From Granulosicoccaceae bacterium (GTDB lineage: Bacteria; Pseudomonadota; Gammaproteobacteria; Granulosicoccales; Granulosicoccaceae), in contig JAZGEF010000003.1 of assembly GCA_036478595.1 (NCBI GenBank), forward strand, positions 125,043 to 189,042: a stretch of 64,000 bases of DNA, written 5' to 3'. Both the position numbers and the translations under genes were made by a program. Shown here in pieces: positions 1 through 8,462 of the stretch (position 1 is its first letter; every line of letters starts with the position of its first letter). Under the pieces are notes generated by a model. That model did not search any database. It worked only from the letters and a program-made list of their open reading frames with translations, and had not been told where the DNA came from.

Positions 1-24
1 TCCGTCTCAATCCATAAGGGCTGT

Positions 25-51
25 TACATTTGCTGACAATTACGCCGATCC
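25..51 (+). promoter_or_regulatory. candidate sigma28 (FliA) promoter for flgM
   Basis: TACATTTG-N11-GCCGATCC versus consensus TAAAGTTT-N11-GCCGATAA; correct spacing, upstream of flgM. Confidence 0.4.
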
Positions 52-173
52 CCATTCTATCTGGAGCGGGTAAGCTTTTTAAGCCATCTGCCTCGATACA
101 CAATATAATAATAAGAAGCATCCATTGCGACCGCCAAACCGCGGCGCTTAAGGGTTACGAAGAGGACTAGACC

Positions 174-407
174 ATGACTCCGACCGAGAGTAATACAGCA
201 TTGGCCAACAATGTGACTGATATCGCGGCTGCACGACAGGCTCGCGACCCTAAAGATACAGACACGGCCAGCGCCATTAACGTTCCAAAAAATCGACGTT
301 TCGACAAGGATAAGGTTGCCAGATTGAAAGCTGCCATTGCAGATGGCAGCTACAAGATCGATCCATCTAGTATCGCCAACAAATTTATTGAGCACGAACG
401 CAATTGA
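174..407 (+). CDS. flgM: anti-sigma28 factor FlgM (short, 77 aa)
   Basis: C-terminal FDKDKVARLKAAIADGSYKIDPSSIANKF matches the FlgM signature; RBS GAGGA upstream; in-frame stop just before the ATG. Confidence 0.85.
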   Translation: MTPTESNTALANNVTDIAAARQARDPKDTDTASAINVPKNRRFDKDKVARLKAAIADGSYKIDPSSIANKFIEHERN

Positions 408-458
408 CCTAATGGAAATGAACCGATAGGCTCGGGTTTTGATCGATTAGGAATACCC

Positions 459-953
459 ATGCGTTACGTTTCTGCGGTTATTTCCTGGGCCATCGCAGCC
501 TGGATGTGTTTTATCTTTCTAGGCTCGTTACCCTACAAGTTCTCAGCGCACCCTGACACTCAGCATATCTTCAGCACCATCGGAAACTGGTTAAAAGGCT
601 TATTAGGCGATGGGATTGGTGATCTATTCACTAAATTCGGTGCATACGGTGTTGGCAGTTTTGAATTGCTGACATCCATCGTTTTGCTGTTACCCGCAGC
701 TATCTGGCTAATCCGCCTGACAAGAAAGCAATCGATGAGCAACACTCGGCGCAAGTTTCACCGCATTGGAGGCTTATTGGCAACGGTGGTAATGATGGGC
801 GCTGTGTTCTTTCATCTCGTATCACCTCTCGGTATTGAAGTGCTGCACGAGGGCAAAAGTGACGGGGGCAGTTTATTCTACTCCGCGCTATCGATCGTTA
901 TACTCGGTATTGTTTTGTTCTTTGTTAATGGTGACCGTGACGAATCAGCGTAG
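459..953 (+). CDS. DoxX-like membrane protein
   Basis: 164 aa, 4 hydrophobic segments, YKF near the N-terminus, G..E and MMGAVFFHL patterns typical of DoxX-like proteins. Confidence 0.6.
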   Translation: MRYVSAVISWAIAAWMCFIFLGSLPYKFSAHPDTQHIFSTIGNWLKGLLGDGIGDLFTKFGAYGVGSFELLTSIVLLLPAAIWLIRLTRKQSMSNTRRKFHRIGGLLATVVMMGAVFFHLVSPLGIEVLHEGKSDGGSLFYSALSIVILGIVLFFVNGDRDESA

Positions 954-997
954 CTAACCGCACTGCCTCTTCAAACCTATTCATAACAGACACTCAT

Positions 998-1026
998 AAA
1001 AAACCGGCGGTTTTGACACCGCCGGT
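998..1026 (-). terminator. rho-independent terminator of ibpA
   Basis: perfect 9-bp stem ACCGGCGGT/ACCGCCGGT with 6-nt loop, flanked by an A-run (U-tail on the minus strand), between convergent genes. Confidence 0.8.
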
Positions 1027-1077
1027 AATGAGTACTAAAACTTCACCTAAATCGATACCGACCTAAGTTACGCGACG

Positions 1078-1539
1078 TTAAGCTGCTGCGGTCTGTGTTT
1101 CCAGTGCGGCAGGTTTAGCATTCCCATTGACTGGAATCTTGCGAGGCTTCATCGCTTCAGGTATTTCTTTTTGTAAAGATACGGTTAATAAACCGTTATT
1201 CATTTCAGCGTTAACAACTTCAACGTGATCAGCTAGGTTGAACTTTCGTTCGAATGCGCGATTGGCGATACCGCGATGCAAGTACTGCGCATCGACGCTT
1301 TGCTGATCCTTCTTTCCGCGAATGGTTAACACGCCCTTTTCAACCTGCACGTCGATTTCAGCTTGGCTAAAGCCGGCAACGGCGAGTGAAATGGCGTATT
1401 GGTTCTCACCAACAAGTTCAATATCATAAGGCGGATAGCCTGCACCACGTTGTTCAGCATTAAATGCAGCATCCAGCAGTGATCCAAAACGGTCATAGCC
1501 TACGGTATTGGCGTATAAGGGGGATAAATCGATTTTCAT
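1078..1539 (-). CDS. ibpA: small heat-shock protein Hsp20 (IbpA/IbpB family)
   Basis: DLSPLY..TVGYDR, YPPYDIE, YLHRGIANRAFERKF, NGLL motifs; start moved to ATG 1539 (MKIDLS) with RBS GGAG. Confidence 0.93.
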   Translation of the reverse strand: MKIDLSPLYANTVGYDRFGSLLDAAFNAEQRGAGYPPYDIELVGENQYAISLAVAGFSQAEIDVQVEKGVLTIRGKKDQQSVDAQYLHRGIANRAFERKFNLADHVEVVNAEMNNGLLTVSLQKEIPEAMKPRKIPVNGNAKPAALETQTAAA

Positions 1540-1542
1540 TTG

Positions 1543-1561
1543 TATTCTCCAATGAGCAATA
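1543..1561 (-). promoter_or_regulatory. ROSE-like RNA thermometer hairpin sequestering the ibpA RBS
   Basis: minus strand TATTGCTC-ATTG-GAGAATA: UUGCU motif pairs with the SD with one bulged G. Confidence 0.7.
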
Positions 1562-1604
1562 GTTAATGTGATGGATTCTCTTCGAGACATCCGGCACAAG
1601 AACA

Positions 1605-1632
1605 ATATGGAGTTGTGTAGTACGATTTCAAG
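1605..1632 (-). promoter_or_regulatory. sigma32 (RpoH) promoter of ibpA
   Basis: CTTGAA-N14-CTCCATAT on the minus strand, about 65 bp upstream of the start. Confidence 0.8.
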
Positions 1633-1650
1633 ACACAAGGATCAGAAACC

Positions 1651-2268
1651 ATGCACGATATCGACACCCTTATATTCTCACCCCATATCGATGACGAAGT
1701 GCTGGGGTGTTACAGCTGGTTAAAAACCGGCACATTGGTGGTGGTAGCAGGCGTTGAAGACAGGCCTAACATTCCTAAAACCACTCGCATCGCTGAACTA
1801 AAAGCATCTAGTGAGCGCTTAGGGTTTGCGTGGCAATTGCTAGACAACACGGTTAACGAGTACCAGAGCAGCTCGCTAATAACACCGTACGAAACCGCAA
1901 TCAATCAACACAAACCGCTAAGGGTATTAATACCCGAACCCTCTTACAATCAGGATCATCGCGCTGTGTATGATGCTTCTATAGTGGCCACTCGACCTCA
2001 CGATACCAACTGGTTTGTTAACGAGATATTGGTATTTGAACAACCTCATAGTGTGATGTGGCGCCACGCGCCACAACCCGAGGCCAACTACTTTGTTGAA
2101 CTCAATATAGACGACAAGCTTGCCGCTTATGCGCTCTATGCCAGCCAAGTTCGCGGCCATCGCTCACCTACAACTATTGCGGCAATGGCACAACTGCGAG
2201 GCGCGCAAATTAACGCAAGCCATGCCGAAGCGTTCTACGCAAAACGGCTCGTGCACGCAATAAACTAA
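1651..2268 (+). CDS. PIG-L/LmbE-family N-acetylsugar deacetylase
   Basis: SPHIDDE and NQDH metal-binding motifs; C-terminal K..A...YASQ and AEAF. Confidence 0.8.
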   Translation: MHDIDTLIFSPHIDDEVLGCYSWLKTGTLVVVAGVEDRPNIPKTTRIAELKASSERLGFAWQLLDNTVNEYQSSSLITPYETAINQHKPLRVLIPEPSYNQDHRAVYDASIVATRPHDTNWFVNEILVFEQPHSVMWRHAPQPEANYFVELNIDDKLAAYALYASQVRGHRSPTTIAAMAQLRGAQINASHAEAFYAKRLVHAIN

Positions 2269-2289
2269 AAATGGATTGAAGATAGAATC

Positions 2290-3294
2290 ATGAGTAAACC
2301 GACAAAACATATACTGGTAACAGGCGGTCTTGGGTTTATAGGCTTTCATCTTTGCAGTGAAATAAAACGACGTGATCCCAGCGCAGCACTCACCATTGTC
2401 GACAATTTAAGTTCTACTCAGATTAACCCAACGCTGCTACAAGCACTAGGAGATATACACCGTATCGACCTTAATCAGTTTGATGCCAGTAATCAAAAAT
2501 TTGATGAGATCTATCACCTTGCTAGCCCTGTCGGCTCTCTCGGCATATTAGAAAGCAACGGATACGTTGCACACTCTATCAGTAAACTTGCAATGAAAGC
2601 TGCCGACATCGCTTGCAACTCAAGCGCAAAGCTTCTGTACTTATCCTCCTCAGAAGTCTATGGAAGAGACGGCCAGCATGCAGAAGATATCGAGCTTCGC
2701 GTTCCATCGCTGCGCGGCACCCGAATGGAATATGCACTGGGTAAGCTTACGGCCGAACACACACTACTTAACCGTTCTGCACAAAACGAATTTCGCCTGC
2801 GCATTGTTCGGCCATTCAACGTCATCGGTCCATGGCAGTCTGCAGAAATCGGTTTTGTTATCCCTACATTTTTTGCAGCAGCAATCGCAGGCACTCCGCT
2901 ACCAGTTTTTGGCGATGGCCAACAAAAGCGTTCATTCTGCTTGGTTGATGACTTAGTTGACGGCATGTTAGCGGTGCAGAGCCGAGGCGTTGATCAAACC
3001 ATCTACAACTTGGGCAATCCAGGCAACATCATTAGCGTAAAAGACTTAGCGAACGACATTGTGCAACTGTGCCATTCCAATAGCTCTCTTAAGCTTACTG
3101 ATCCTGTCGAAGTATTCGGTACACGCTATCTGGAAGCCTTTCAAAAATTACCCGATATTGACAAGGCAACAAACCACACAGGCTGGACGCCGAAGGCAGA
3201 TTTAGCAACGGCGCTACGTCATTGCAGATCATTTTATAAAACTGCTGCACAGCAGACTAGCACCCCCTCCAACTCCTTGCTTCAAGGCGCGTGA
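2290..3294 (+). CDS. NAD-dependent nucleotide-sugar epimerase/dehydratase (UDP-glucuronate decarboxylase-like)
   Basis: TGGLGFIG Rossmann motif, HLASP, SSSEVYG, YALGK (YxxxK), RPFNVIGP, GDGQQKRSF. Confidence 0.85.
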   Translation: MSKPTKHILVTGGLGFIGFHLCSEIKRRDPSAALTIVDNLSSTQINPTLLQALGDIHRIDLNQFDASNQKFDEIYHLASPVGSLGILESNGYVAHSISKLAMKAADIACNSSAKLLYLSSSEVYGRDGQHAEDIELRVPSLRGTRMEYALGKLTAEHTLLNRSAQNEFRLRIVRPFNVIGPWQSAEIGFVIPTFFAAAIAGTPLPVFGDGQQKRSFCLVDDLVDGMLAVQSRGVDQTIYNLGNPGNIISVKDLANDIVQLCHSNSSLKLTDPVEVFGTRYLEAFQKLPDIDKATNHTGWTPKADLATALRHCRSFYKTAAQQTSTPSNSLLQGA

Positions 3295-3295
3295 G

Positions 3296-4072
3296 ATGAG
3301 TGTTGAGATTCTACCGGTTCAAACCAGTCCGATCACCTTGGGCCCACTCACCTTTGAACATGCAGCATTAAGCGAGTCGCAAGCTGTGTTGCTGCAGTTA
3401 TTAAATAATCAACATAGACAAACAACGCTGATCGGTTTTATTAATCCGCATGTGTTCAATTTGGCTTGCCAGTATGATGAGGTCGCACGGTTCATCACAC
3501 AATGCAGGCTGTGCTGCATTGATGGCATCGGTGTGCATATAGCAGCCCGATTGCTATGCCGCCCCACAGTCACTCGCATAGTTGCAGAGGAACTATTCAA
3601 TTTGATGTTATCAAGCACTGCCTTTAACTCCAATGCGGTGCTTATTGGCGTCACCCGTGATGAAGTAGCAGCCGCGACTGTTGCAATCAATCAGGCATCG
3701 CCATCAATCAATATCATTGATTGCATTGACGGCTTTCAATCTGACGCAAATTACAACGCCTTCTTAGCTGACCATCTACAAACTGACCTGATCCTGATCG
3801 GCGCTGGCACTCCTCGTTCTGAGCAAATAGCCCTATTGGCCCATCAATTTTGCCAACGTGCAGTGGTATGGCATATCGGTGCTGGCACTATTAAAACTTG
3901 GGCAGGCACCAAGCGCCGTGCACCGGGCTGGATATCACGGCTGGGGATGCAATGGCTACACCGCATGTGGCACGAGCCTCACACACGCAGCCGCTACTTA
4001 TCTGGGGGTTTGCGCTTTATCGAAAACCTCTCAAACTCCTCGCAATCCGATCACAATGGAGCAGCGCAATGA
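3296..4072 (+). CDS. WecB/TagA/CpsF-family glycosyltransferase
   Basis: NPH, DGIG, GAGTPRSE, RRAPGW..RLGMQWLHR...EP..R..RY. Confidence 0.8.
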   Translation: MSVEILPVQTSPITLGPLTFEHAALSESQAVLLQLLNNQHRQTTLIGFINPHVFNLACQYDEVARFITQCRLCCIDGIGVHIAARLLCRPTVTRIVAEELFNLMLSSTAFNSNAVLIGVTRDEVAAATVAINQASPSINIIDCIDGFQSDANYNAFLADHLQTDLILIGAGTPRSEQIALLAHQFCQRAVVWHIGAGTIKTWAGTKRRAPGWISRLGMQWLHRMWHEPHTRSRYLSGGLRFIENLSNSSQSDHNGAAQ

Positions 4073-5634
4073 AAGTACTAATTGCCAATCCGGCAGTAAG
4101 ACGGCAGCTCGATAACGGTCTTGAGCGTTATATGATGGGTTCGGGTGTGCGATTTCCTTGGTCATTGGTTAAAAAGAATAACACTCGCCCACGCTTTTCA
4201 ATGTTCCCAATGTTTCTAGGGTTTACCGCAGCGATTTTAGAAAACGAAGGTTTTGAGGTGTTTGTTATCGATGGTGTGCCACTCGATTTGCACAACGACG
4301 AATTTTTAGAAAAAGCCATCGCAATACAACCCGACATCATTATCACCGAGCCTAACTCCGCGGTAATCGATGATGTAATGAATTTACAAGCCACCATTAA
4401 AGCAAAAACTAATGCGATATCAATTGTTATCGGGTCGCATATATCAGCAGAAGTCCATTCGGTGTCAGGCGATTGGCCAAGCGTTGACTACGCCGTCATG
4501 GGTGAATACGAATATGGCGTACGTAACCTATTAACCGCACTGCGCGAATCAAGCAGCGTCGAAAATTTAAAAGGTATTGCCTACCGTGTTGATGGCAAAC
4601 TTAAAAAGCCAGCTGAGCTTGCCCCGGCAGTTACCGAGCTTGATGAATTGCCGCTGCCAGCACGGCATTTATTCCCAGCCTATTTCAATACCGATATGAA
4701 CGCTTATAACGATGGCTTCAATCAGTACCAGCCCACAATTGATGTGCATTCAAGCCGAGGTTGCCCGTACCGCTGCAATTTTTGTGTCTGGGTGCAAGTA
4801 CTATTTGACAACGGTAACCAACGTTTACGCTCACCCGCAAAAATTGCTGAAGAAATGGAGTATCTGGTAGAGCATTTTGGCGCAAAAGAAATCTATTTCG
4901 ATGATGACAATTTTACCGCTAATAAAAAACACGTACACGCATTGTGCGACGAGCTGATCAGCCGTAATTCTAAGATTCCCTGGTCAGCACTAACCGACGC
5001 AATCGCTCTAAACGAAGACATGCTAAACAAAATGGCGGCCGCTGGATGCATCGGTATTAAATTTGGCCTCGACAGTGCGGATTCGGAAGTGCTGGAAAAA
5101 AGTAACAAACCCTTAAAGGTGTCTAGAGTACCCGCATTAGTGAAGCGTGCTATAAAGCTCGGCATCAAAACACATATGACAGTGGTGCTCGGCCTCAGTG
5201 GCGAAACCAAAGCATCGCTTAATCGAACTTTCAAGTTTTCTTGCGAACTTGATATCGACTCCATCCAGTACAGCATGGCAACACCTATCCCCGGCACGGC
5301 TCTCTATAAGCAACTCGAAAAAGAACAAAAGATGCATTTTGTCAAATGGGAAGAACTAGATGGCTACAGCTCTTCAGTAATTAAATACGATGATTTTTCA
5401 CGTGAATATCTCGAAGATTTTGAATACACAGTACATTCGCGGTGGCTTAGGGCTCGGTTGAAGCACCCAGCTTGGGTATTACGACAAACCAAATATCTTG
5501 CACGTTTAACTCGCATACAAGGATTGCCAGGGTTTGTGAGAAGAGTCAAGCGTGGCGCTCAACTATTGAAAGGCGATTCCATCATGGTGAAGCGAGCTGA
5601 CGGCGACGGCCACCAAACCAGCATTCGCTGGTAG
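4069..5634 (+). CDS. cobalamin-binding radical SAM protein (class B methyltransferase-like)
   Basis: SSRGCPYRCNFC (CxxxCxxC), FDDDNF, N-terminal B12-binding-like region (GSH, DYAVMGEYE); start moved to ATG 4069, giving an ATGA overlap with the upstream stop. Confidence 0.85.
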   Translation: MKVLIANPAVRRQLDNGLERYMMGSGVRFPWSLVKKNNTRPRFSMFPMFLGFTAAILENEGFEVFVIDGVPLDLHNDEFLEKAIAIQPDIIITEPNSAVIDDVMNLQATIKAKTNAISIVIGSHISAEVHSVSGDWPSVDYAVMGEYEYGVRNLLTALRESSSVENLKGIAYRVDGKLKKPAELAPAVTELDELPLPARHLFPAYFNTDMNAYNDGFNQYQPTIDVHSSRGCPYRCNFCVWVQVLFDNGNQRLRSPAKIAEEMEYLVEHFGAKEIYFDDDNFTANKKHVHALCDELISRNSKIPWSALTDAIALNEDMLNKMAAAGCIGIKFGLDSADSEVLEKSNKPLKVSRVPALVKRAIKLGIKTHMTVVLGLSGETKASLNRTFKFSCELDIDSIQYSMATPIPGTALYKQLEKEQKMHFVKWEELDGYSSSVIKYDDFSREYLEDFEYTVHSRWLRARLKHPAWVLRQTKYLARLTRIQGLPGFVRRVKRGAQLLKGDSIMVKRADGDGHQTSIRW

Positions 5635-5637
5635 CTG

Positions 5638-6342
5638 GTGATTGATCACGAAACAGAAACGCGCAAGCGCCCAGATAATACGCGTCCTTTAACTTACGTA
5701 CTATTTAAAAAATACGGTGTTAAACAAGCAATATCTCTAATAAGACAGGACGTACTATTTGATTTTAAGCATGGCGTCGATACATTCAGGCCAGTTTCTA
5801 ATAAATCACTTTTTAACCCAGAACATTGGGCTGAATTTAATCGCTACGTGCCCACGACATTTGCACTGATGGATTCTATATTGATGCATATGAGCCAATG
5901 GATTGATTTTAGGCAATGCGATTTTTTGGATTATGGCAGCGGCAAAGGCAAAGCTTTGATTGCTGCAGCACGCTACCCATTTAACTCTCTTACAGGCGTT
6001 GAATATTCCGCACGCTTACACAATACCGCCACAATAAACCTACAAAAGCTTGGATTAACTGAGAGAACGCAGCTAATTAATACCGACGCAGCGGCGTATT
6101 TTCCTAAACCTTCCCAACGCCTTATCTATATTTTCAATTCCTTTACAGGGCCAACCTTGCGACGCTGTTTGCAGAATGTTCACGACAGCTCGATAGCGCA
6201 ACAGCGATTTATCGCCTGCGCTAACCCAACCGAAAGCCATGTATACGAGCAGTTCTTTGACAAGATCGACGAACAAGTGTTTGAACCTGGGTCATGCGAG
6301 GTTAATTTCTATGCGACTAAAATTTATAATAGGGGCTTGTAA
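5638..6342 (+). CDS. class I SAM-dependent methyltransferase
   Basis: FLDYGSGKGKAL motif I, GVEYS, DAA..Y, YIFNSF. Confidence 0.8.
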   Translation: MIDHETETRKRPDNTRPLTYVLFKKYGVKQAISLIRQDVLFDFKHGVDTFRPVSNKSLFNPEHWAEFNRYVPTTFALMDSILMHMSQWIDFRQCDFLDYGSGKGKALIAAARYPFNSLTGVEYSARLHNTATINLQKLGLTERTQLINTDAAAYFPKPSQRLIYIFNSFTGPTLRRCLQNVHDSSIAQQRFIACANPTESHVYEQFFDKIDEQVFEPGSCEVNFYATKIYNRGL

Positions 6343-6366
6343 GACCCACTCTATCAGATACAGTCG

Positions 6367-8193
6367 CTAGAATTCATCATAGGGGTTGACCAGCTTATCA
6401 CCTAGTTTAACGGCAGGCACTTGGATAGCGCCCAATGGCACGATTCCTTTTCTAGCCGATTCCATTAGTGAGTCGATATTTTCGGCACTTGCATTGATCC
6501 AGTTTTCTGGAGAATTATAACTGTATGAATTAGTCAGATATTTAAACGAACCCTCACCCTGTACTACCCAACGCAAAATCATTTCAGTTTTGGATTGACG
6601 CATGATAAATAGATACTCGCTATTCCAGTCAGCGAAAGCATCAGCTTCAACCAATACGCATTGCACGCCGGGCAATGGGCAACGACGCCAGCCACCAAGC
6701 TCTGTTTGCTCCTGTGACCAATTTTCGATTTGCTGCCGTTGCTGAACGTCTACCAAACCGACTGGCGCAAGATGCACGATTTCAACGGCGGCCTCCAGCC
6801 TCTTTATTGACTCTTGCATCTCTACGCTATCTCGATCATTTTTATACTCCCACTGCGTTGAGTAGCTATCAAGCTTTGTTAAGCGCGTTTTTAAAGGAGC
6901 AGTTTGGCTCTGCGACATTTGCCTGAGCGCGTCAAGTGCCTGAGCGCCAGGCAATCCAGCTTCAAATTTCAACCAACCTATATCGAGCTTCTCTGCAGAT
7001 ACACTTCCACTCTCAAAGCGTGCAAGTTGATTTTTTGCTGCGATTGCCTGTGGCAACAGCAACGGTGTTTGCAATAAAATTGCCACGATGCTGCAAATAA
7101 AAATCATCACGATATTGGTTTGTTGAACAACTCCAGAGAGGTTGCGCGAAAAAGCGGCTGCCAAGTAACCAACGGTATAAGCTGCTGCTAATGCTAAAGC
7201 AGCAACTGCCAGAACACGCTGGTCAGTAAAGCCGTGTTGAACAACCCGTTGCCACATGGCCCAGATCGCGAGAACACACAGAGCCGCCATCAAAAACGCC
7301 AATACCCGACACAACAGGCTTAGCCAACGGCTTTCAATTTTTTTGCTGTCACCCACAGCGGCAGAACACAAGGTTAATGACAACGCTAGAGAGGTCAGCA
7401 TCACACCAGTCACGCTGAGATCATCTGTAAAAGTATCTAGCCCGTTGACACCGCTAACAACAACAAACGCACCCGTTACCAGCACAAAAACAGGCAGCAA
7501 TGCCCGCATTAAGCTAATGATTAAATAACGTACGCCATTGATGATGCCGTCTCGAGTACGACAGATACCAATACCCAATGCATACGCGCCAGCAAACACC
7601 ACGATGCGCACATCAGTGCGCCAGATCCACTTATCTATCTCAATACCGATCAATTGAAACAAAGCCGAGCTCAAGGCCAGAATCGCGTACACCGCTAGCG
7701 CAAAAAACAAAGCTACCAAGGCCGACACAACTTGATTCCAACTAAACTTGAACAAGCTAGGGTAATCATTAGCCGGTAAGCCAGAAACCCGAGTACGATA
7801 AAAAGGCAATACTGCAGCTGATATTACAATAGTGCAGAACATTGAGACGGCGATAAAAAATGCATCAACTTTATCCTCATGATTCATACCCAGTTGCACG
7901 CCATACCAATATGCCAACAACGAACACCCAAGCGCCAGCACAACAGCGGTTATCAATGCAGCCAGACGATGACGGTGAGTCGTGATTAGAAAATGTGCAG
8001 TAGGTGCAGTAACAACAAACCAGAACAACGGGATCCTGAGCGAAAAATCAATACCGGATAGCTGATCTATTAGCAGATAAAACGCACAACCTTGCAATAT
8101 GCCGGGTACTAAAAACCAACAAACAAGCTCAAACGGTGTGCGAGCTGCAGATTCGTCAGTTACATCCGTGCGGGAATTTAGTGCGTCATTCAC
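6367..8193 (-). CDS. polytopic membrane protein, DUF4153-like
   Basis: 608 aa with about 10 TM segments; RVVQHGFTDQR and P....A.NQLAR.......KLD..WL.F patterns recalled for DUF4153. Confidence 0.6.
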   Translation of the reverse strand: MNDALNSRTDVTDESAARTPFELVCWFLVPGILQGCAFYLLIDQLSGIDFSLRIPLFWFVVTAPTAHFLITTHRHRLAALITAVVLALGCSLLAYWYGVQLGMNHEDKVDAFFIAVSMFCTIVISAAVLPFYRTRVSGLPANDYPSLFKFSWNQVVSALVALFFALAVYAILALSSALFQLIGIEIDKWIWRTDVRIVVFAGAYALGIGICRTRDGIINGVRYLIISLMRALLPVFVLVTGAFVVVSGVNGLDTFTDDLSVTGVMLTSLALSLTLCSAAVGDSKKIESRWLSLLCRVLAFLMAALCVLAIWAMWQRVVQHGFTDQRVLAVAALALAAAYTVGYLAAAFSRNLSGVVQQTNIVMIFICSIVAILLQTPLLLPQAIAAKNQLARFESGSVSAEKLDIGWLKFEAGLPGAQALDALRQMSQSQTAPLKTRLTKLDSYSTQWEYKNDRDSVEMQESIKRLEAAVEIVHLAPVGLVDVQQRQQIENWSQEQTELGGWRRCPLPGVQCVLVEADAFADWNSEYLFIMRQSKTEMILRWVVQGEGSFKYLTNSYSYNSPENWINASAENIDSLMESARKGIVPLGAIQVPAVKLGDKLVNPYDEF

Positions 8194-8462
8194 GAAAGCG
8201 TCGATGCCTATCGGTGGAGGCTCATTGTGGCACGATCTGCTAATACAGACATTAATTTGCGAAAAATGCGCGAACTCTGGTGGCCTCTAATTGATCGACA
8301 TCAAGATTGATCGAATCTGCCAGGCGTAAACTTTTTTTATCGAGTGCACGTTGATTTTGTGGCGCGCTGACTGGCTTAGTAGGTAAAAAAACCAAAACAA
8401 ATCTACCTTACACATCTGATCAGCCGTTACTCTTAAACGTCCGCCGTTAAGAGGAAGACAGG

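Noticed and set aside
57-395. 112-aa minus-strand ORF
   Set aside because: Antisense shadow of flgM with no recognisable features.
3898-4068. 57-aa N-terminal extension of the radical SAM ORF
   Set aside because: It overlaps the glycosyltransferase; ATG 4069 gives the usual ATGA coupling.
4069-5634. Radical SAM protein as HpnJ or BchE
   Set aside because: No hopanoid or bacteriochlorophyll genes nearby and only family-level motifs match, so it was left unassigned.
8228-8241. TGGCACGATCTGCT as a sigma54 promoter
   Set aside because: GG-to-GC spacing is 8 nt; 10 is required.
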